A DNA stretch of 64,000 nt, taken from positions 2,193 to 66,192 of IMG/VR virus record IMGVR_UViG_3300033147_000418. One strand, written 5' to 3'. Shown here one piece after another: positions 57,389-64,000 of this stretch. The position numbers and the translations under genes are program-made. Below the pieces are notes generated by a model. That model was not told where the DNA came from, ran no database searches, and was given only the letters and a program-made list of their open reading frames with translations. This DNA is from a virus. Its lineage: Duplodnaviria > Caudoviricetes. The first letter of the stretch is position 1; each line of letters begins with the position of its first letter.

Positions 57389-57687
57389 TACACGAGGTCG
57401 GCGAAGTCTGCCGTCGACGTCGCTGGGATGATGATCTCTTTCCTCAGGTTGATGTCTGGGATCTCGAGGTCAACGGTAGAGCCCTGCAGTAGCTGGATCG
57501 TGAAGGTTCCGTCGTCGGCGGTGATCGCCGAAACCACATCGGACGTGACACCGACGCCGCCGGCGATCTGTCCGCCCTGATCCGCCTGGGTCGACTTGAT
57601 GGTCGCCCGGACCTGAGCTCCGGCCTTGGCGGTTCCGTCGACTCCGCAAATCGTTCCGCTCACCTGACAAACTGGACCGCTGGCCAT
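57388..57687 (-). CDS. small beta-sandwich (prealbumin-like) protein
   Basis: VSGTI...G.....VRAT...T.DDGTF pattern. Confidence 0.6.
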   Translation of the reverse strand: MASGPVCQVSGTICGVDGTAKAGAQVRATIKSTQADQGGQIAGGVGVTSDVVSAITADDGTFTIQLLQGSTVDLEIPDINLRKEIIIPATSTADFADLV

Positions 57688-57690
57688 GGC

Positions 57691-57990
57691 TCATTCCTTT
57701 CGCGTGCGGGGGTCGTCGAACTTCCGACCCGCCCAGTAGAACGTGAGGTTCGCATAGCTGGCAACGAGGAGAGAGCATCCTGTCGAGACGTACGCTACGA
57801 CCTCGCGCCGCACCGAGCCGGTGATCCCCCAGATACCTGCAACCGCGATCCACATCAGCAGCAAGACGGCTGCGCAGATCGACAAACTGATGGGGTTCCC
57901 GCGTTTTACCCAGTTCCGGTAGAACCTCAGAAGGATGGGCACCCACAGAACCACGGCGGCGCCGGCCAGTAGAAAATAGGCTTCAACCAC
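57691..57990 (-). CDS. small 3-TM membrane protein
   Basis: Three hydrophobic segments. Confidence 0.6.
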   Translation of the reverse strand: MVEAYFLLAGAAVVLWVPILLRFYRNWVKRGNPISLSICAAVLLLMWIAVAGIWGITGSVRREVVAYVSTGCSLLVASYANLTFYWAGRKFDDPRTRKE

Positions 57991-57991
57991 G

Positions 57992-58252
57992 TCATCTCAC
58001 GATAGCCTGGCGACCTTTTTTTACTTCGGGGTACCAGGAGTTCGATTCCCCTGGCGCATTTGTAGAAGCGCGGCCGAAGCGTGCGAAATGCTTTTTCTCT
58101 GCAATGTTGCCGATCTCTGGCAAGGCTTGAGACGCGGCGTCCTCGGCTGCGTCTTGCACGATGCGGCTTCTCCGCGCAGCCAAGACCAACCCGATGACAA
58201 CGCCAACCATGACCACTGCCCACCCTATGAACGAAATTGTCCCAACGCTCAT
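57992..58252 (-). CDS. small membrane-anchored protein
   Basis: N-terminal TM followed by RRSR. Confidence 0.6.
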   Translation of the reverse strand: MSVGTISFIGWAVVMVGVVIGLVLAARRSRIVQDAAEDAASQALPEIGNIAEKKHFARFGRASTNAPGESNSWYPEVKKGRQAIVR

Positions 58253-58255
58253 CGT

Positions 58256-58474
58256 TCAATCTCCCTCCGGTGGCGCCGGCGGCGCGCCGTTGACACGCGT
58301 CGTCTCGATGTGGGTGTCGACGGACTTTGCAAGAAGGGCCGTCGCCTGCATCAGCGAAGCCATGAGCGCGATCAGCCGGTCGACGCGCTTCTCGAGGCGC
58401 CACATGAACCAAACCGCTACGAATACCGGGAACCCGAACTCTCGAATGAGAGCTATCCCCTGATCGTAGGTCAC
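58256..58474 (-). CDS. holin-like (BhlA/YvrJ-like) small membrane protein
   Basis: IREFGFPVFVAVWFMWRLEKRVDRL: one TM plus a coiled coil. Confidence 0.55.
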   Translation of the reverse strand: MTYDQGIALIREFGFPVFVAVWFMWRLEKRVDRLIALMASLMQATALLAKSVDTHIETTRVNGAPPAPPEGD

Positions 58475-58496
58475 ATTCTCAGCGTACCACGCCGAC

Positions 58497-59117
58497 CTAC
58501 AGATCGGTGAACAGCACCTGAGCCTGATCCGGGATGGTCACTTTGCGCGTGTAGCCTACATCGGCGATGTCGAGTGCAAAAATCGCACCCCGAACCAGGG
58601 GTAGGTCGAAGTCCCCGAGCTCGTTGGTGTAGGTCGCGACGATTCGATCAGACTGTACGACCCGACCGAGGGCGTCCGTGAAGACCGGCTGGAGCGTGGC
58701 GCGCACCAGCGTGTTGGCGGCGGGGTCGCCCTGGCCGTCGTAGATCGTCCCTTGGACGGAGCAGAGCTCCAGGCTCGCCGAGCCCGCGAGGGGGCCGAAG
58801 ATCAGATCTTCGTACTCCTGCGCGGTCGGCGATCCGGTGTTTGTCTTCTTGACGATGTACTTCGTCGAGGCCGCAAGCACATCGAGCGACTGGGCGAAGT
58901 CGAAGTGGTAGCGCCCGGGCAGGTTCACCGAGTCGGTCTGAACCGTGGGGTTCTCGACCACCGCGGTTTGCCAGGTTCCGTCGGACGCCTGGAACCACTT
59001 GCTGTCGGCCACGCGCTGAAGAGCCATCGTGGGGCTCTGGCTGATGACGCCGGCGCCGGCGCTGATGAGATCCATGAACAGGCGCACGGTGGCGCCGCGG
59101 CTATGTCGGCTCAGCAT
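58497..59117 (-). CDS. two-domain beta-sandwich structural protein
   Basis: C-terminal half resembles 57388..57687. Confidence 0.6.
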   Translation of the reverse strand: MLSRHSRGATVRLFMDLISAGAGVISQSPTMALQRVADSKWFQASDGTWQTAVVENPTVQTDSVNLPGRYHFDFAQSLDVLAASTKYIVKKTNTGSPTAQEYEDLIFGPLAGSASLELCSVQGTIYDGQGDPAANTLVRATLQPVFTDALGRVVQSDRIVATYTNELGDFDLPLVRGAIFALDIADVGYTRKVTIPDQAQVLFTDL

Positions 59118-59442
59118 TCGAACCCTCCTTCAGAAGCTTGCCCTGCTTGGCGTCGTAGGTCCAGGTACCGGGGGGTAGGTCGAGCTCGCGTGCGACCACC
59201 GCCAAGATCGTTGAGCGCTGTTTCTCGGCCTCTGCCGCCGCGGCCGTGCACGCTGCGATGCAAGCTTTGGATTTTGCGAAAGCGGCTTCCGCCGCTTTGT
59301 GCTGAAGGTAGGCTGCGCCAAGTTCGGCCATGGCCTCGAGTACCCAGAGATCGGCTTTGTCGAGCGGCGTGATGTGCTCGTCGCCCAAGCGGACGTCGTT
59401 GACGACTGCGGCGGATACGCCTTCCGGTTTTGCGTTGGTCAT
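59101..59442 (-). CDS. hypothetical coiled-coil protein (possible fibre chaperone)
   Basis: Directly downstream of the large tail protein; ATGA-coupled. Confidence 0.55.
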   Translation of the reverse strand: MTNAKPEGVSAAVVNDVRLGDEHITPLDKADLWVLEAMAELGAAYLQHKAAEAAFAKSKACIAACTAAAAEAEKQRSTILAVVARELDLPPGTWTYDAKQGKLLKEGSNAEPT

Positions 59443-62400
59443 GCGGGGTTCGGCAGCTGCGAAAACAGCTCAACGAATTCGTAGTACGTCGTACGGGCGA
59501 CTGCGATGAACATCTTCTTGTAGATATGAAACGACCACGTCCCAAAGGACGAGATCGTGCCCGACCCTGGAAGAGCTGCGTTGTACGCAATGGTGTCGGT
59601 GGACTTCCACTCCGGAGTGGTTCCGATTCTGTATGCGATCTCGGTGAGCGAGATCATTGCAACAGTGACGTAGTACCACTGGTCAACGGTTGTCGTGCCG
59701 AAACCTGTGTCGATCGTTTGCGGATTGGATGCATTGTCCGTGAATCGGATCTTGAAATTATTGTCCACCGACGTGTCTCTCTCCAGCGAGAGCACTTCGC
59801 CCGATGCACCCCATCCGATTCGATCGATCGTACTGGTAGTAAGGCTCTTGAACGTGAACGCGCACGAGAACCCAGGGAGCATGTCGACGTTGAACGACTC
59901 CCTGCCCTGGACATCGACCTCCCCGTTGATGGCGGCCGGGGCGGCTAGGGCTAGACGGTTGTCTTGCGCAAACCCAGTTCCGGTTCCGCCGGTATAGGTC
60001 GTGGATTCCCAGAAGCTATTTTTCGCGCTCCCCTCTTCGAACCAGTTGAAGTCGTCGCGTATGCGTGGCCCGGGGAACTGGGACGGACCGAGGGGGTTGG
60101 CAAGCCATGTCGGGATATCTCTTGCTCCACGCAGGCGCGCGAAGAACCCTGTTTGCTGGTCATGCGCCGTCGCCTGATGGATGAGGGTGTCCGCAGACGC
60201 GCCGCCGATGTTGCTAGCCTCTAGGCGGTGGGCGTTTACGAGTTCCATCCGAGCGCCTGTGCCGATTTCGCGGGTGTCGGCCGTATCCGCAACCAGGTTG
60301 GCTGCCATGATCAGGTTGGCGTCCATCGTGAGCGTTCCGCTCATGGTGTCGCCGGCCCGCAAGAGACGCTCATTGACGGCGTCGGTGATGACCTCCTTGG
60401 AGACTCCGTCGAACTCCTTGTGCGTCGAGCTCGTCAGCTTGATCGCCTTGTCAACGATCGTCGACGCCCGCGTATTGCCGTCCTCGAGCTCGAGGCCGCT
60501 ATCGTCGGTGGTGTCGTAGATCTCCGGGACGCGCACGCGACGCCCCACGTTGGTCTGGATGACCGCAAGATCGTCCTCGTCGCCGGCGATCCGCCCCTCG
60601 ACGTTGACCACGTAGATCGGGGTAGCGCGCCCGCCGTCGATCTCGACGTCGATGATCGTGGCGGTCGGGTCACTGCCATCGGCATGGATGAATTCGAACT
60701 GCGGGTAGGTGCACCCGTTGCCAACCATGATCTTGGGGCCGCCGTCGCGCAGCCGACAATGCCTCGTCATGGGACTTTCTACGAACCCAGAGGGTTCACC
60801 GAAGTTGATCGCGTAGTGCCCTGTCGGGGCATTGAACTGTGTGAAGTCGATCTGCTCGATCAAGGGCATGATGCTCTTGGTGCCGAACGCGATCGGGGCC
60901 CCCGGAGTGCCGCCCACGTTGGTATGCGATCCGACGAACGCAAGGTTCCGGAGCACCATTTGGAAACTGCGCTCCACCCTGATGATGTCGGCAGCGCCGG
61001 TGGCCACCACGCCGGCGTTGATGCACAGGTTCTCAATTCGGAAGCCTGTCGGGTAATGCGCGATGGCCGTTCCTGCTGGCGGCGTTCCGGTCGTCGCTCC
61101 GTAGGCGTCGTCAACGATGACCGTAATCCCCGTCGTACCCAGATCTGTCACCTGAGCAATGCGATGGAACCCGGTCCCGCCTCCGCCGGTCAGCTCAACG
61201 AAGTCCCCTGCTCGTGGGTGTATCACCCCAATCGCAAGGGCCGGGAAGACGACTTTGTTGGCCGTGATGGTCGGGGTCCACGTCGTGGATTTTCCGATCA
61301 GCAGAGCCTTGCCCGTCCCTTCCGTGACGGCGTCGAGATACGCCATCCCGTCACCACAAATCGACATGCTGCTGCTGATCTGTACGCTCGCCCGCAAGAC
61401 GTGGCGCCCGGCGCGGAGGACTACTTCCCCCCCGACGCGGTTGGCTTCCATGATGGCGCGGTCGAGCGAGTCGTACCCCTGAAAATCTCCTTCGTCGCCC
61501 ACGAGAATCGGGTAGTTCAAACGCTTCGGGCGCGTGTTGAACACCTCGAAGGTGCTCGCGAAGACTCCGTCCGAAACGGGGACAACACCCGTTGCGCTGC
61601 CGGCGACCCGGTAGGTTTTCAGAACGACATCTTGCGGATGGACCGCGTACTCGGTGGGGGTCGGCGGCACCGGCCCCGTCGCCCCTCTGAAGATCTCCCT
61701 CCGCTCAGAGACCCCAGCTGAGCCCGTGTGCAGCGAGACTACGACATCCCCGCCCGAGCCGATGGACACGGGGACATGGGGGTCCAGTGTCAGGGTCTCC
61801 TGGACGAGGAAGTTGCTCACCAGCACTGTTCCGGCTAGACGCCCCTCCGGGGCCGGCACGGTGTCGATGGCGCTGAGGACTACGTCGACAGGCGGGCCAT
61901 TTTGAGCGAAGTCGACGAGGGCCATCCCGCCCTGATCGTTAGACGTGAGTCCGCACGCAAGGAAGCCGCCCGCCGCGGTCCTGACAACGAATAGGTCCCA
62001 GCCAATGCGTGCGCGAAACGCTGGGCTGAAGAGCAAGACATCTTCCACCCCGGCGCCACCGTTCGGCGAGCCAAGAACAGCAGCATAGATCTCGTCGTGA
62101 GGGGTGACGACGATCGAGGGCTTGCGGAAGTCATCGTACACCTCGTTAATGAAGCCCGCTCCGAGATCCTCTGCGGCCGCGCTGCCAACCAGGTACGTGT
62201 TGACGGCTCCGTCGACGAGGGTCCCCGCATTGTTGATCTGCGCGTAGACCAGGTCGCCGTATTCGTTGGCGCCCGTGCCGGTGATGTACGCAATGTGGGC
62301 GGTTCCGAACCGGTCGACCCCAATCGACGGCCAGGTGTCGTTCTTCGCCGTGTTCGCGCCAGCGACGATTCTCGGCGCAATCGCGGCCGTCCCAAATACC

Positions 62401-63539
62401 GCCGTCGCAGTCTCGATCTTGGCGTAGTAGATCTGCTGTTCGGTTCCGTCGTCGTGCTCAACGACGAGGTGCAGTCGGCCGCTGGAGTCCAGCACGCCGC
62501 TCGGGCGGACGATCGCGTTTGGCAGCTCGGTGGCGCCAATGGTGACCGGAGCTTCCGCAACAGTCCCCGCCGCGTCATCGAACGCGAGCACCTTCAGGGC
62601 GGTGCCGTCCATGTAGAGCAGAATGACCGCGTCGTCCGCGGGGCGCTGCCCAGCAATCCAGCATCCGGTGATTGCGCCTGACGTAAGGTACGGGTTGGGA
62701 TCGGCAAAGCCGCCGCCGGCGGGGCCGCCGAGGATGTGCAGATCATTCCCGTCGCCCCACGCCCACCACTGTTGGTTGAGCGTGCCGCCGGGGCGGCCGT
62801 AGAAGCTCGGGCGCGTTGCCGTACCGCTGGCGGCGATGGTTACCCGTGGCGTGTACGACGAGCCGGTCAGGGTTGAGCCCCTGAGAACCGTCAGCGCTGG
62901 GCTGAACGATTCGCGCTGCCGCAGGACCAGCTGGTCGTTGCGCACGTACGCCTCGTGAGGGGTCGGCGGCAGAGCGCTCGCAACCTTGGCCGACTCGCCG
63001 GCTTCGGGCGCCACATCGCGCCGAGAGGCGTCTGGATCCACCACGCGGCCGGTAGCGACGTCGAGCTGGTTGAGGAAACCGCTGCCGTCGACGCCCAGGG
63101 TTGCCGCAAAGCCAGCCTCAAGGCCCACCTCCGCCGCATTCTGGGCCGCGGCCGCGGCATCGACCGCGCGCGGGTTCTGCCACGAACCATTGGTCTTGTA
63201 CGCCACGATGACGCCGGTCTGCGCGAGCGTGAGGTCAGTGGTGACCGAGACGACGATACCGCTGTCCGGGTCGTCGTCGGGGATGGATGCCAGGACGAAC
63301 CAGGGCTCCGCGGCCGTGGGGACCGGGAGGCCCACAACCGCCTCGAGGCTATCTGCGACGATTCCAGACTGCACCACGCTGAACAGCGCGACGCCTATGA
63401 TCGAGCCGTTGTCGGTGGTAAGCCCGCCGCCAAGATACCCGTCACGGCCGAGAACCTTCTCCGCGAGACGCTGGAAGGTTTCACCCGCGTACGGGCTGCG
63501 GAACGAGACAGTCTTGTTCGATGTGACGGTGACGGCCAT
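59439..63539 (-). CDS. large tail fibre / tailspike receptor-binding protein (1366 aa)
   Basis: Propeller-like repeats (PSIGVDRFGTAHIAY, PSGVLDSSGRLHLV), a beta-helix entry (LDRAIMEANRVGGEVVLRAGRH), LLRAGDTMSGTL, and a lectin-like C-terminus. Confidence 0.7.
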   Translation of the reverse strand: MAVTVTSNKTVSFRSPYAGETFQRLAEKVLGRDGYLGGGLTTDNGSIIGVALFSVVQSGIVADSLEAVVGLPVPTAAEPWFVLASIPDDDPDSGIVVSVTTDLTLAQTGVIVAYKTNGSWQNPRAVDAAAAAQNAAEVGLEAGFAATLGVDGSGFLNQLDVATGRVVDPDASRRDVAPEAGESAKVASALPPTPHEAYVRNDQLVLRQRESFSPALTVLRGSTLTGSSYTPRVTIAASGTATRPSFYGRPGGTLNQQWWAWGDGNDLHILGGPAGGGFADPNPYLTSGAITGCWIAGQRPADDAVILLYMDGTALKVLAFDDAAGTVAEAPVTIGATELPNAIVRPSGVLDSSGRLHLVVEHDDGTEQQIYYAKIETATAVFGTAAIAPRIVAGANTAKNDTWPSIGVDRFGTAHIAYITGTGANEYGDLVYAQINNAGTLVDGAVNTYLVGSAAAEDLGAGFINEVYDDFRKPSIVVTPHDEIYAAVLGSPNGGAGVEDVLLFSPAFRARIGWDLFVVRTAAGGFLACGLTSNDQGGMALVDFAQNGPPVDVVLSAIDTVPAPEGRLAGTVLVSNFLVQETLTLDPHVPVSIGSGGDVVVSLHTGSAGVSERREIFRGATGPVPPTPTEYAVHPQDVVLKTYRVAGSATGVVPVSDGVFASTFEVFNTRPKRLNYPILVGDEGDFQGYDSLDRAIMEANRVGGEVVLRAGRHVLRASVQISSSMSICGDGMAYLDAVTEGTGKALLIGKSTTWTPTITANKVVFPALAIGVIHPRAGDFVELTGGGGTGFHRIAQVTDLGTTGITVIVDDAYGATTGTPPAGTAIAHYPTGFRIENLCINAGVVATGAADIIRVERSFQMVLRNLAFVGSHTNVGGTPGAPIAFGTKSIMPLIEQIDFTQFNAPTGHYAINFGEPSGFVESPMTRHCRLRDGGPKIMVGNGCTYPQFEFIHADGSDPTATIIDVEIDGGRATPIYVVNVEGRIAGDEDDLAVIQTNVGRRVRVPEIYDTTDDSGLELEDGNTRASTIVDKAIKLTSSTHKEFDGVSKEVITDAVNERLLRAGDTMSGTLTMDANLIMAANLVADTADTREIGTGARMELVNAHRLEASNIGGASADTLIHQATAHDQQTGFFARLRGARDIPTWLANPLGPSQFPGPRIRDDFNWFEEGSAKNSFWESTTYTGGTGTGFAQDNRLALAAPAAINGEVDVQGRESFNVDMLPGFSCAFTFKSLTTSTIDRIGWGASGEVLSLERDTSVDNNFKIRFTDNASNPQTIDTGFGTTTVDQWYYVTVAMISLTEIAYRIGTTPEWKSTDTIAYNAALPGSGTISSFGTWSFHIYKKMFIAVARTTYYEFVELFSQLPNPA

Positions 63540-63542
63540 GAC

Positions 63543-63998
63543 TTACCTCCGCGCAATGATGCGCAGCTCAGCCGGCGAGGTAACGTCCGACCCGGCCGCG
63601 TTCGTGAAGATCGCCGAGGGCTCTGCGGGGCTCGACGTTGGTGCATCGCTGATGAGCTCTACCGTCACGTCCACCTCGGTCGAATACACGTACATCGAAG
63701 GGACCAAGAGGACGTTCTTCTTGGCATCCCCAGCATCGACGGTGGTATTGCCCTCGTCGAAGTGTGTGACCATCGTACGCCGGACAAGCGGACGGTACGC
63801 CGGTGACGTAGCGTCCTCCCTGACCCATAGGTCGATGTTCGCGGGAAGCACTCCGAGATTGTGGTTGAGCAGCACTGTTGCCCACGCCGCCCCATCCACC
63901 GAGATCCACCCCGAGTCGTAGACTCCACCCTTGGTGAACGAGATTGCGCTTGTGATTGGCGTGCCTGCCTGAACTCGACCGATGTAGACGCGGCCGGC
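63543..63998 (-). CDS. tail-associated protein, 5'-truncated by the window edge
   Basis: Frame stays open to the window end; YDSGW and LNHNLGVLP motifs are typical of tail fibre C-terminal domains. Confidence 0.6.
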   Translation of the reverse strand, partial: AGRVYIGRVQAGTPITSAISFTKGGVYDSGWISVDGAAWATVLLNHNLGVLPANIDLWVREDATSPAYRPLVRRTMVTHFDEGNTTVDAGDAKKNVLLVPSMYVYSTEVDVTVELISDAPTSSPAEPSAIFTNAAGSDVTSPAELRIIARR

Positions 63999-64000
63999 GA

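Overview
This high-GC window looks like part of a large, probably uncultured, contractile-tailed (myovirus-like) phage genome; I see no host housekeeping genes, RNA genes or CRISPR array. The left end (1-3864, + strand) is a DNA-metabolism operon: clamp-like, sigma-region-4-like, SSB-like, PD-(D/E)xK nuclease and 3'-5' exonuclease genes. Most of the rest is a minus-strand morphogenesis region: tail tube and sheath, neck, major capsid, scaffold-like proteins, head protease, fibres, terminase, spike, portal and holin/spanin-like genes. Short + strand islands interrupt it. Three features stand out. (1) A ~2085-aa single-chain, bacterial-type RNA polymerase (beta fused to beta') sits among the virion genes; it lacks the beta' N-terminal Zn finger and has an altered rifampicin pocket. 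(2) About 20 proteins carry K-x-A motifs, many within an F-L-x-G-F-x-[DN]-E-[LI]-x-K-x-[AGS] leader followed by basic Gly/Ala-rich, membrane-like segments. This suggests a head-targeting and protease-maturation system for ejected cargo. (3) There appear to be two promoter classes. GGYATAAG-N6-G precedes every internal + island, three of which end in a hairpin plus TTTTTAGC, while sigma70-like promoters, several apparently leaderless, precede structural genes. All product calls come from motif recognition by eye; no database searches were run.
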